This document shows, piece after piece, positions 1-8,761 of a stretch of 64,000 nucleotides of DNA. Position 1 is the stretch's first letter, and each line of letters opens with the position of its first letter. Source of the DNA: Aliarcobacter sp. (lineage in GTDB: Bacteria; Campylobacterota; Campylobacteria; Campylobacterales; Arcobacteraceae); NCBI GenBank assembly GCA_039810345.1, contig JBDHWU010000011.1, positions 10,571 to 74,570 of the forward strand. Reading direction: 5' to 3'. Position numbers and translations under genes: made by a program. The notes beneath the pieces were generated by a model. It ran no database searches, was not told the DNA's origin, and saw only the letters and a list, made by a program, of their open reading frames with translations.

Positions 1-261
1 GATAATGCTCTAAAATTTAGTTTAGATAAAAAAGCAAAAGTTGAGGCAAATAGTAATTTTATAAAAGTTATTTCAAAGGGTGAAGCTTTGAAAAATAGTT
101 TAGAATTTTATACAGATGCTTTTTATCAAGAAGATAAAAGGAGTAATGGTTTTGGCTTAGGATTATATATTGTAAAAACCATAGTAAATCTTCACAAATA
201 TAAACTAAACTATGAGTATAAAGATGGAAATAACTACTTTATAATAGACTTAAGAAGTTAA
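1..261 (+). CDS. sensor histidine kinase, C-terminal fragment (5' end upstream of window)
   Basis: Frame +1 is open from base 1 to TAA 259-261. Translation starts DNALKFS (N box) and contains SNGFGLGLYIVKTIV (G2 box), matching an HATPase_c domain. Confidence 0.7.
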   Translation, partial: DNALKFSLDKKAKVEANSNFIKVISKGEALKNSLEFYTDAFYQEDKRSNGFGLGLYIVKTIVNLHKYKLNYEYKDGNNYFIIDLRS

Positions 262-866
262 TTTTTATACTCTAAGTCGTTTATTACAATTTTTTTATTA
301 ATAAATGGATCTACAACTGCTTCAATCTCATCTAACTTATATTTTAAAGGAAAGCCTATTTTAGAATTTGCTGCTGTACTTTCTAAAATATAAAACTTTT
401 TATCATTTACATATAATGCTGGTCTATTTAAATTTATCTTGTCAAGATTTATTATTACAAAAATATGTTCAGGAACTAATACAAAATAGGCTTCATAGCC
501 TTTTTGTTTAAGTAGTGAAATGAGCAAGTTTGATTTATCATCACAATCTCCAAAATTTTGTTCAACAACAGTTTTTGGATTTTTAGCAGTGCTAGGATTT
601 ATTTTATATGGAATATTTGTAACAAAATCTAAAATTCCTTGAACTTCACAAACCTTGATTTTATCACAACTCTTTGTTAAAAAATCACTCAATTTTTTAG
701 TATAATCATCTAATCTTACTTGATTTACATAAGTTAAGCTTCCAATATCTGTAAATCTATTTTTTACTATAAAAAATGAACTATAAATAAGATATAGAAG
801 ATAAACTAAAAAAATAAGCGATATTAAAACCGATAAATATTTTAGAAAACTACTTTTTACTAGCAA
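258..866 (-). CDS. membrane-anchored hypothetical protein, transglutaminase-like Cys/His core
   Basis: 202-aa ORF with a TTG start. N-terminal TM helix (LSVLISLIFLVYLLYLIY), then FGDCDDKSNLLISLLKQKGY...VPEHIFVII, which resembles the Cys...His core of transglutaminase-like folds. Overlaps the upstream gene by 17 nt. Confidence 0.45.
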   Translation of the reverse strand: MLVKSSFLKYLSVLISLIFLVYLLYLIYSSFFIVKNRFTDIGSLTYVNQVRLDDYTKKLSDFLTKSCDKIKVCEVQGILDFVTNIPYKINPSTAKNPKTVVEQNFGDCDDKSNLLISLLKQKGYEAYFVLVPEHIFVIINLDKINLNRPALYVNDKKFYILESTAANSKIGFPLKYKLDEIEAVVDPFINKKIVINDLEYKN

Positions 867-1500
867 TTTTTAGCTCTTTTATCCATAGATTATATGCATT
901 TCCATTTAAATGTAGTCCATCTTCTGTAAATCTACTTTCTAAAATCTTATTTGGTGCTAATACTGAGTTTAAATCTATAAAATTTATGCTATTTTTATTT
1001 GCAAAATCTTTTAACATAGAGTTTAAATTCTCTATTTCATTATTGAATTTTTTTCTATTTTCACCTACATAAAGAGTTGATTGGATATTTATCTTTATAC
1101 CTTGTTTTTGGAAAAACTCTACAATTTTTTTATAATTCTCAAATACAAAATTTGCATTCTTTCCTCTTAAAATATCATTTACACCAATCATTATATAAAG
1201 CTCTTTTATTGTTGATGAAACTGTATAAAGCCTATCTAATACGCCACTTGTAGTATCTCCACTAATTCCTCTATTTTGCACAACTTTTCCCCAAAGTTCA
1301 CTCCATTCGCCCTCATCAGTAATAGAATCGCCCAACATCATAGTATCAACGATATTTATATCTTTTAACATTGCAAATTGACTCACTTTGTGTTTATAAT
1401 ATGGGTCATCTTGAATTCTCCATTCACTTGAATTGGCAAAAAAAATAGCCATAACCAAAATTAATAATATTCTCATCTTTTCTCCAAATTTTTTTCTCAT
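850..1500 (-). CDS. secreted SGNH/GDSL-family hydrolase
   Basis: Signal peptide MRILLILVMAIFFANS. SGNH blocks are present: MLGDSITDEG, GISGDTT, IMIGVNDI, DGLHLN. Confidence 0.8.
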   Translation of the reverse strand: MRKKFGEKMRILLILVMAIFFANSSEWRIQDDPYYKHKVSQFAMLKDINIVDTMMLGDSITDEGEWSELWGKVVQNRGISGDTTSGVLDRLYTVSSTIKELYIMIGVNDILRGKNANFVFENYKKIVEFFQKQGIKINIQSTLYVGENRKKFNNEIENLNSMLKDFANKNSINFIDLNSVLAPNKILESRFTEDGLHLNGNAYNLWIKELKIASKK

Positions 1501-1600
1501 TCTATCAAAATAGCGGTTAAATAGATTATTTTTAAATTTACCTTAAATATAAATATTAGATTTTTATATTATAATTACTTAATTTATTCAAGGAGGATTT

Positions 1601-3007
1601 ATGAATAAAAAAACTTTAAAACTTTTAACTCCTGTTTTAGTAGCATTGGTGTTATGGTTTATTCCAGCACCTGAAGGCTTAAGTGCAAATGCTTGGCACT
1701 TTTTGGCTATCTTTTTAGCAGTTGTTGTAGGACTTATACTAGAACCTGTTCCAGCAGCTTTAATTGGATTTTCTGGAATTTCACTTGTAGCTGCTTTAGG
1801 AATTATAGGAAACCCTAGCGAAAGTATAAAATGGGCATTAAGTGGATTTTCAAATAGTGTTATTTGGCTTATTTTTGCAGCATTTATGTTTGCTTTAGGG
1901 TACAAAAAAACGGGTCTTGGAAAAAGAGTTTCACTAATTATGGTTAAATATATGGGAAAAAGCACTTTAGGTTTGGGTTATGCAGTTGCAATTTCAGATC
2001 TGATTTTAGCTCCATTTATGCCATCAAACACAGCAAGAAGTGGAGGTACAATATATCCGGTTGCTATTAATATTCCACAAATTTTTGGCTCATATCCAGA
2101 TAACGACCCTCGAAAAATAGGTTCATATATCTCATGGGTTGCAATTGCATCAACATGTGTTACAAGCTCAATGTTTTTAACTGCTCTTGCTCCAAATTTA
2201 CTTGCAGTTGATTTAATAGCAAAAGGAACAGGACATACAATAGCTTGGATGGAGTGGGCAAAAATTATGATTCCACTTATGATTCCACTATTTATTTTAA
2301 CTCCGTGGCTTACTTATGTACTTTATCCACCAACACAAAAGAAATCTCCAGAAGCTCCAGCCTGGGCTGCTGAAGAGCTTAAAAAACTAGGAAGTGTAAC
2401 TTTTAAAGAATATCTAATGGGTGCTTTAGCAATTGTTGCTTTAGTTTTATGGATATTTGGAAAAGAAATAGGCATTGATGCAACTACAACAGCTATTTGT
2501 GTAGTTTCAGTAATGGTTTTATCAGGAGTTATCTCATGGGATGATTTATTAAGTGATAAAGCGGCATTTAATGTATTTATCTGGTTTGCTACTTTGGTTG
2601 CTCTTGCAGATGGACTAAAAAAAGTTGGAATACTTGATTTTATAGGTAAAAACTCTGAAGCTATGCTTTCAGGTTTAAGTACAACTTCACTAATAATCGC
2701 ACTTATAGTGCTTTTTTATGTACTTCACTACTTTTTTGCTAGTACAACAGCCCATGTAACTGCACTTGTACCACTATTTATGGTAATTGCTACTACATTT
2801 ATTCCAGCTGAACAGATTTTACCTTTTGTAATTTTATTTGCAGGAAGTTTAGGAGTTATGGGAATTATCACACCTTATGGATGTGGACCTTCACCTATTT
2901 GGTATGGAGCTGGATATATCTCACAAGCACGATGGTGGGCTTTGGGAGCTATATTTGGAACTATATATTTAATTCCAATTTTAATTGGGGTTTTTATATT
3001 TATATAA
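1601..3007 (+). CDS. DASS-family (divalent anion:Na+ symporter / dicarboxylate translocator-like) permease
   Basis: 468-aa polytopic membrane protein carrying the DASS hairpin motif PSNTARSGG. RBS AAGGAGG lies upstream of the ATG. Confidence 0.85.
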   Translation: MNKKTLKLLTPVLVALVLWFIPAPEGLSANAWHFLAIFLAVVVGLILEPVPAALIGFSGISLVAALGIIGNPSESIKWALSGFSNSVIWLIFAAFMFALGYKKTGLGKRVSLIMVKYMGKSTLGLGYAVAISDLILAPFMPSNTARSGGTIYPVAINIPQIFGSYPDNDPRKIGSYISWVAIASTCVTSSMFLTALAPNLLAVDLIAKGTGHTIAWMEWAKIMIPLMIPLFILTPWLTYVLYPPTQKKSPEAPAWAAEELKKLGSVTFKEYLMGALAIVALVLWIFGKEIGIDATTTAICVVSVMVLSGVISWDDLLSDKAAFNVFIWFATLVALADGLKKVGILDFIGKNSEAMLSGLSTTSLIIALIVLFYVLHYFFASTTAHVTALVPLFMVIATTFIPAEQILPFVILFAGSLGVMGIITPYGCGPSPIWYGAGYISQARWWALGAIFGTIYLIPILIGVFIFI

Positions 3008-3015
3008 AATTAAAG

Positions 3016-3041
3016 GCTAAGAGTTTTTCTCTTGGCTTTTT
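3016..3041 (+). terminator. rho-independent terminator after the DASS transporter gene
   Basis: GCTAAGAG-TTTTT-CTCTTGGC gives an 8-bp stem (one G-U pair) followed by TTTTT, 9 nt after the stop codon. Confidence 0.5.
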
Positions 3042-3180
3042 AGCTAATTTTAATAAGTCATTTATGAAAGAGTATGCATCAAAAACTTGCCCATCAAAAA
3101 ATCAAGCTTTCTAGCTTGGGAATGAATACTTTATTTTAAACTATACATTTTCTAAAAAACTGACAAATTAATTTCAATTT

Positions 3181-3259
3181 AGTATCTAATACCAGATACT
3201 TTTAGTATTGAATTTATATTTCGTTTCTGCTATACTAAAAGTATTTAGAATTAGATACC
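3181..3259. repeat. compound inverted repeat upstream of the orphan ATPase gene
   Basis: Perfect 13-bp arms ATACTTTTAGTAT (3196-3208) and ATACTAAAAGTAT (3232-3244). The arms extend imperfectly to about 28 nt each. A local palindrome AGTATCT-N6-AGATACT lies at 3181-3200. The repeat ends 11 nt before the ATG at 3271. Confidence 0.8.
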
Positions 3260-3270
3260 AAAGGTAAGTT

Positions 3271-4365
3271 ATGCATTCACCATTTCCTTATGATAGATTA
3301 CCATCAAAAAATGAATTTTTTGGAAGAGAAAAAGAGCTAGAAGATTTAAGTAAAATTGTAGAGTATTCAAACAATGCTTTGCTATTTTCAAAAAGAAGAA
3401 TGGGAAAAAGTTCGCTTATAAAAGCACTTTTTGAAAAATATGATGAAAAATATATCTGCCTTTATTCAGATATTTTTGATATTACTTCAAAAGAGGATTT
3501 TATCTTAAATCTTTTAAAATCTTTGGCAAAACAAAATAGCAAAAAGTTTGATTTAAAAAGTGCTATAAAAAATCTAAGTTCACTTTTTAAAAGAGTTCGA
3601 TTTGAGCCAACAATAGACACAAATACACTAGAATACTCTATAAAACCAAATATAATAAGCCTAAATTTTGAAGAGATGATGGAAGATTTTTTCTCTTCAC
3701 TTGATAAGCTATCAAAAAACTCAAAAATAATCTTAGCAATAGATGAGTTTCAACAAGTAGCAAATATTACAGATGTAAAGCTAGATGCAATTTTGCGAAA
3801 ATATATTCAAAATAGAAAAAATATCTCATATATTTTTTTGGGTTCAAAAAGACATATATTAACTTCACTCTTTGAGTATAAAGCACCACTTTATGAGATG
3901 GCAAATCATATTGAGCTAAAAGCTTTGAAGCTTGAAGATATTTTTGAATATGCAAAAAAATATCTTGATATATCTTTTCTTATGTGTGAATATATTTATA
4001 CCCTAAGTGATGGCGAGACAAAGTTAATACAACAAATCTTACACCTTTTATATATTCAAAAAATAACTATAAATGAAAAACAGCAGATAGATTTAGCTTT
4101 AAAAGAGATAATAAATTCAAAAGACTCTAGCTATCGGCTACTTTTTGATACTTTTGGAAATAATCAAAAATTAGCTTTAAAAATAGTTGGAAAATATAAA
4201 AGTGGGATTTTCTCACAAAGTGTTCTTGAAGAGTTTAATATCAAAAAACAGACACTTCAATCAAGTGTTGAAGCACTTTTTAAAAATGAGATTATAGATA
4301 AAAATGATGATAGATATTTTATTCCTGATAGGGTTTTTGAACTTTGGGTAGAAAGGTTAATATAG
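3271..4365 (+). CDS. orphan P-loop ATPase, PF01637 (archaeal-ATPase/ATPase_2)-like
   Basis: N-terminal FFGREKELEDL, a P-loop-like SKRRMGKSSL, and Walker B ILAIDEFQQV. This layout is typical of the ATPase_2 family. The C-terminal half has no feature I recognise. Confidence 0.6.
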   Translation: MHSPFPYDRLPSKNEFFGREKELEDLSKIVEYSNNALLFSKRRMGKSSLIKALFEKYDEKYICLYSDIFDITSKEDFILNLLKSLAKQNSKKFDLKSAIKNLSSLFKRVRFEPTIDTNTLEYSIKPNIISLNFEEMMEDFFSSLDKLSKNSKIILAIDEFQQVANITDVKLDAILRKYIQNRKNISYIFLGSKRHILTSLFEYKAPLYEMANHIELKALKLEDIFEYAKKYLDISFLMCEYIYTLSDGETKLIQQILHLLYIQKITINEKQQIDLALKEIINSKDSSYRLLFDTFGNNQKLALKIVGKYKSGIFSQSVLEEFNIKKQTLQSSVEALFKNEIIDKNDDRYFIPDRVFELWVERLI

Positions 4366-4406
4366 AATTACAATCCCTATTTTAAGCTCTTTGATTTATA
4401 TTTAAA

Positions 4407-4436
4407 GTAAATAGAAGCCTAGAAACTTCTATTTAC
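4407..4436. terminator. bidirectional hairpin between convergent ATPase gene and dsbD
   Basis: GTAAATAGAAG-N8-CTTCTATTTAC is a perfect 11-bp stem. It overlaps the last codons of dsbD. Confidence 0.5.
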
Positions 4437-6203
4437 TATTTCCAAAAACTCTTTTGGATTTTTATATCCAACAATTTTAGAACTTTTTACCTCTTGTTTA
4501 TTTTTATCCCAAAAAATAAGTGCTGGAGGACCAACAACTTTAAAAGCTTTTTGTAAAGCTTTATCATCATCACTATTTGCTGTAACATCAGCTTTTAAAA
4601 GTGTGAAGTTTTGAAGCTTTGAAATTACTTCACTATTTTTAAAAGTAATCTCATCTAACTCTTTACAAGATACACACCAAGATGCCCAAAAATCAAGAAT
4701 TACTGGTTTTGAAGAGTTTTTAATCGCAATTTCAAGCTCATCAAGGTTTTTAATATATGTAAAGTTTAGTTTTGCTTCTTCTTTAACTGCAACACCACTT
4801 GTAAACTTTTCAAGTGGTTTTAGTGGATTTGTAGCACCACTTATTGCACCTATTAGTAAAACTACTCCTAAAATATATAAAACATTTGTTATTAGTTGTG
4901 CGATTATATGAGAATAAACTCTTAAATAAATCGCAGCTCCAATAAATAGTAATGCCCACAAAATCATCGAAATAGTTGCATTTAAAACTCTATCAAGAAG
5001 CCAAATAGCAACTCCTAGCATAATTATTCCAAAGATTTTTGTAACACCTTCCATCCAACCACCTGGTTTTGGCATAAATTTCCCTGCACCCAAACCAATT
5101 AAAAGAAGTGGAACTCCCATTCCAAGGCTAAGCACAAAAAGTGCCATTCCACCAAGAACTGCATCTCCTGTTTGTCCAATATATACTAATGCACCTGCAA
5201 GTGGTGGTGCTACACAAGGTCCAACAATAAGTGCTGAAAGAAATCCCATAATAGCAATTCCTAGCATTCCTTGCTGCTCTTTTCCTTCACTTGTTTTATT
5301 TATTCTTGTTTGTAAAGCAGCTGGAAGTCTTATTTCAAAATATCCAAACATTGAAAATGCAAGTGCTATAAATACAAAAGCAAAAACCACCAAAACATAA
5401 GGGTTTTGTAAAGATGCTTGTAAATTTGCTCCAAAAACTCCTGCAATAATTCCTGCAAGTGAATAAGCAAAACTCATAGCAAGAACATAAACCAAAGACA
5501 TCATAAAGCCTTTTCTTGCACTCATAGTCTCATTTTGTGATGCTTTTACAATAATTGAAGATAAAATTGGAATCATTGGAAACACGCAAGGTGTAAATGC
5601 TAAAAGTAATCCAAATCCAAAAAATGTAGCAAGAACAATCAAAGTATTTGAATCTTTAAAAGTGTTTGCAATTGTGTCTGTTTCACTTAGAACTTCTGCA
5701 GTTTGCTCTTTTGAAAAATCTTTTTTACTCTCTATATTTTGTTTAACTTCTTCTTTTGCAGGTTCAATAACTTGCTCTTTTACATCAGCTTCAAAGAAAA
5801 TAACTTGCTTTTCACTCATAGGTGCATAACAAAGCCCAGCTTTTGAACAACCTTGAAATTTAAGCTCTATTTCATATTTATTTGAATCTATTTTACTTTT
5901 TAATAAACTATATGGAATATCTATATTTAAATCTTCAAGTTGTACGATAAAACCATCATATTCCACTGGTTTTGGAAGGTTCAAATCTTTAATAAGTTCC
6001 ACTTTTTTTGGTTTTGTAATATTTATTTGAAGCTTATCGTCATACAAATATATATCTTTTCCAAGTTCAAGTTTTATCTTCAAGCTTTTATCTTGCTTTT
6101 CAAAACTAACCTTAAATGCCTCTTCTGGCTCTAAAACTTTGTTCCCTAACTCCAAAGAAAATGAGTAGATAAAAAGTGATAGAAATAAAATAATTTTTTT
6201 CAT
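4419..6203 (-). CDS. dsbD: thiol:disulfide interchange protein DsbD
   Basis: 594 aa. Signal peptide, N-terminal periplasmic domain (GCSKAGLCYAP), TM core with FTPCVFPMIP and VGPCVAPPL, and a C-terminal thioredoxin domain WASWCVSCK. Confidence 0.9.
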   Translation of the reverse strand: MKKIILFLSLFIYSFSLELGNKVLEPEEAFKVSFEKQDKSLKIKLELGKDIYLYDDKLQINITKPKKVELIKDLNLPKPVEYDGFIVQLEDLNIDIPYSLLKSKIDSNKYEIELKFQGCSKAGLCYAPMSEKQVIFFEADVKEQVIEPAKEEVKQNIESKKDFSKEQTAEVLSETDTIANTFKDSNTLIVLATFFGFGLLLAFTPCVFPMIPILSSIIVKASQNETMSARKGFMMSLVYVLAMSFAYSLAGIIAGVFGANLQASLQNPYVLVVFAFVFIALAFSMFGYFEIRLPAALQTRINKTSEGKEQQGMLGIAIMGFLSALIVGPCVAPPLAGALVYIGQTGDAVLGGMALFVLSLGMGVPLLLIGLGAGKFMPKPGGWMEGVTKIFGIIMLGVAIWLLDRVLNATISMILWALLFIGAAIYLRVYSHIIAQLITNVLYILGVVLLIGAISGATNPLKPLEKFTSGVAVKEEAKLNFTYIKNLDELEIAIKNSSKPVILDFWASWCVSCKELDEITFKNSEVISKLQNFTLLKADVTANSDDDKALQKAFKVVGPPALIFWDKNKQEVKSSKIVGYKNPKEFLEIVNRSF

Positions 6204-6212
6204 CTGTCTTTC

Positions 6213-6575
6213 CTATTTAAACTCTGTTTTGCTGATTTCAATAAGTTCATCAGCTGTTTTTACACCAAAATCCTCTTTTATAACCTTTAGGTCTTTAAAA
6301 TAGATTAAAGTTGGTAATTTTTTAACACCATATTTTTTTGCCAATACTAACTCATTTTCAATATTTACTTTGAAAATCTCAACATTATCAGGTTTTTGTA
6401 TTTCAAAATCTTCCAAATTATTTGCTAAAACCTTACAAGGTGGACACCATGGAGCATAAAAATCAACTATTGCATTTTTGCCACTTAACTTCTCTTCGAA
6501 ATTATCAATATTCAACTCTTCATAAGAAAAAAGAGCTGTTATTGATAATAAAAAAATAGATAGATATTTTTTCAT
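6213..6575 (-). CDS. periplasmic thioredoxin-family protein
   Basis: Signal peptide plus the APWCPPCK active site, 120 aa, immediately upstream of dsbD on the same strand. Confidence 0.85.
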   Translation of the reverse strand: MKKYLSIFLLSITALFSYEELNIDNFEEKLSGKNAIVDFYAPWCPPCKVLANNLEDFEIQKPDNVEIFKVNIENELVLAKKYGVKKLPTLIYFKDLKVIKEDFGVKTADELIEISKTEFK

Positions 6576-6708
6576 CTTACCCTTTCATTAAATTTCTTTT
6601 ATTATATTTAATCATTGTAAAGAGTTCGTTTATTATTATTTATAAACTATACTTTTAAATAAATTATAACTTTTTATGATAATATTTCACTTTTTAAGGA
6701 GAAATATT

Positions 6709-7059
6709 ATGTCACAACTTATAAATTTAGAACCAAATGAAGTAGAAAAATTAATAGACGAAAAAATTATTATGATTGATGTAAGAAGAGAAAATGAATT
6801 TTTAGATACAGGAATTATAAAAAATAGTATAAAACTAACATTTTTTGACGATTTTGGGAATTATGATATAGAAAACTGGATGAATGAATTTCAGAAATTT
6901 GTAACATCAAAAGATCAAAAATTTGTATTAATTTGTGCTAGAGCAAATAGAACAAAAATGATTGGAGATTTTTTAGTAAACCAAGGTTATACAAATGTAA
7001 CTCATTTAAAAGGCGGTATTTTAAAATGGTTGCAAGAGCAAAGAGAGACTATTTTTTAA
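6709..7059 (+). CDS. single-domain rhodanese (sulfurtransferase)
   Basis: Rhodanese fold with active-site loop CARANRT. I prefer the ATG at 6709, preceded by AAGGAG, over the longest-ORF start at 6676. Confidence 0.8.
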   Translation: MSQLINLEPNEVEKLIDEKIIMIDVRRENEFLDTGIIKNSIKLTFFDDFGNYDIENWMNEFQKFVTSKDQKFVLICARANRTKMIGDFLVNQGYTNVTHLKGGILKWLQEQRETIF

Positions 7060-7072
7060 AATAGTCTTTTAT

Positions 7073-8005
7073 TTATGCTCCTATATTATCTTTTTTTATC
7101 TTCCTTCTTACTGGATTTATAGGGCAACTAGGTTTTAAATTTTTCTCTATATAATCCATAATTTTTCTTGCTACATTTATATTTGTAGATTTTTCAATAC
7201 CTTCTAAACCAGGGCTTGAATTTACTTCCATAACAAGTGGTCCTCTTTTAGAAATTATCATATCAACTCCACAAACTCCTAATCCCATGGCTTTTGCTGC
7301 TGCTAGAGCTGTTGTTTTTTCTTTTCTATTTAGTTTATAAACACTTGCATTACCACCTTGATGAAGATTTGATCTAAAATCTCCTTCTGCTCCTTGTCTT
7401 TTCATAGCAGCTACTACTTCTCCATCTACAACTAAAACTCTAATATCACTTCCACCTGCTTCTTCTATGTACTCTTGAACAAGTAAATTTACATCCATTC
7501 CATAAAATGCATCCAAAACAGATTTTGCAGCTTTTTTGCTATCTACTAAAACAACTCCAACACCTTGAGTTCCTTCAAGTATTTTTAGAACCAATGGTGT
7601 TCCACCACTTAAAGCTATAACATCTTTCGCATTTGATTTATTTGAGGCAAAAACTGTTCGTGGTAAATCAACACCATTTTTTGATAGAACTTGAAGACTT
7701 CTTAATTTATCTCTACTTCTTGTTAATGCTAAATTTCCTGTTGTAGAAAAAACATCTTGCATCTCAAAATGCCGCACCATAGCAGCTCCATAAAATGTTC
7801 TACTTGCCCCAATTCTAGGAATTATTGCATCTGGAACTTTCAATATTTGCCCTTCATAATTTACAACTAATTCATTTTTCATAATCTCAATTGTACATTT
7901 TAAGTAGTCAATAACTCTTACTTCCCAGCCTTTATTTTTTGCCTCTTCATACAATCTTTTTGTTGAATAAAGCTCTTCATTTCTTGATAAAATATAAACT
8001 AACAT
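7073..8005 (-). CDS. rimK: ribosomal protein S6--L-glutamate ligase RimK (ATP-grasp)
   Basis: 310 aa, full-length RimK-like ATP-grasp (LVLKILEGTQGVGV..., EVNSSPGLEGIE). Confidence 0.9.
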   Translation of the reverse strand: MLVYILSRNEELYSTKRLYEEAKNKGWEVRVIDYLKCTIEIMKNELVVNYEGQILKVPDAIIPRIGASRTFYGAAMVRHFEMQDVFSTTGNLALTRSRDKLRSLQVLSKNGVDLPRTVFASNKSNAKDVIALSGGTPLVLKILEGTQGVGVVLVDSKKAAKSVLDAFYGMDVNLLVQEYIEEAGGSDIRVLVVDGEVVAAMKRQGAEGDFRSNLHQGGNASVYKLNRKEKTTALAAAKAMGLGVCGVDMIISKRGPLVMEVNSSPGLEGIEKSTNINVARKIMDYIEKNLKPSCPINPVRRKIKKDNIGA

Positions 8006-8013
8006 ATTTTTTC

Positions 8014-8427
8014 CTATATTGTTAAATTCTTTTTTGATACATCAACTAAAAAACGATTTTGTAAAAACTTTCTTCCTATTAGCATAGGGTATTTCATATC
8101 TTTTCTATTTGTTAAGGAGACTATAGTTTTATAAGTTTTGTTTGCGAATTTTACTTTTACTTGAATAAAAGCTCTTATTTCGCTTTTTCCATTTGAACTT
8201 TTAACTTTTTTTTCTTCAAAAAGTGGCATTTGGATTTTTTTATTGTGGTAAGCTGGATGAATTTTATCTAAAAGTCTAAAACTTACGATTTTATCTTCAA
8301 TTTTTATATCATCACAATGTAACGAATTTGAATATGCACCAGTATCAATCTTCGCATCTAAGCTAAAAAGCTCTAAATCTAAAATCGATATTGGCTCAAC
8401 TCTTCCAATTATTTGTAGTTGTGACAT
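8014..8427 (-). CDS. RimK-associated retropepsin-like aspartic peptidase (DUF785 / 'ATP-dependent zinc protease' family)
   Basis: 137 aa with the AKIDTGAYSNSLH (D-T-G-A) motif, directly upstream of rimK. Confidence 0.7.
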   Translation of the reverse strand: MSQLQIIGRVEPISILDLELFSLDAKIDTGAYSNSLHCDDIKIEDKIVSFRLLDKIHPAYHNKKIQMPLFEEKKVKSSNGKSEIRAFIQVKVKFANKTYKTIVSLTNRKDMKYPMLIGRKFLQNRFLVDVSKKNLTI

Positions 8428-8475
8428 AATAAGCCTTTTTTTGCTTAATTATATCACAAGATAAAGTTATAAAAA

Positions 8476-8700
8476 CTATTTTTTAAGTTCTTTTGCTTTT
8501 TTTAATGCTTCAATTACACCATCAATATTCTCGTATGGAATATGTGATTTCCACTGAATATCTTCTCCATTTAATGCAATAGCAATGCTTACAACATCTT
8601 GTGTATCTTTTCCATATGGCTCAGTTACATTTGAAACAATAATTTTACCTTGTTTTGTTCCTGCTAATTCAAGCTCTACAATTTTTGTTGTTTGTGACAT
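8476..8700 (-). CDS. hypothetical small protein (74 aa)
   Basis: ORF with RBS (AAGGAGAAATT-ATG), same strand as the rimK module. I recognise no motif. Confidence 0.45.
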   Translation of the reverse strand: MSQTTKIVELELAGTKQGKIIVSNVTEPYGKDTQDVVSIAIALNGEDIQWKSHIPYENIDGVIEALKKAKELKK

Positions 8701-8761
8701 AATTTCTCCTTAGTATTTAACTTGTTAATTCTGACCAAAAAACACTTGTTATTCTATTAAA

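Noticed and set aside
1588-1965. 125-aa minus-strand ORF antisense to the DASS transporter
   Set aside because: It lies entirely inside a confidently assigned transporter gene on the opposite strand, has low-complexity composition and has no RBS. This is a typical shadow ORF.
2881-3114. 77-aa plus-strand ORF overlapping the 3' end of the DASS gene
   Set aside because: It is an alternative frame of a well-supported CDS, and it runs through the predicted terminator hairpin.
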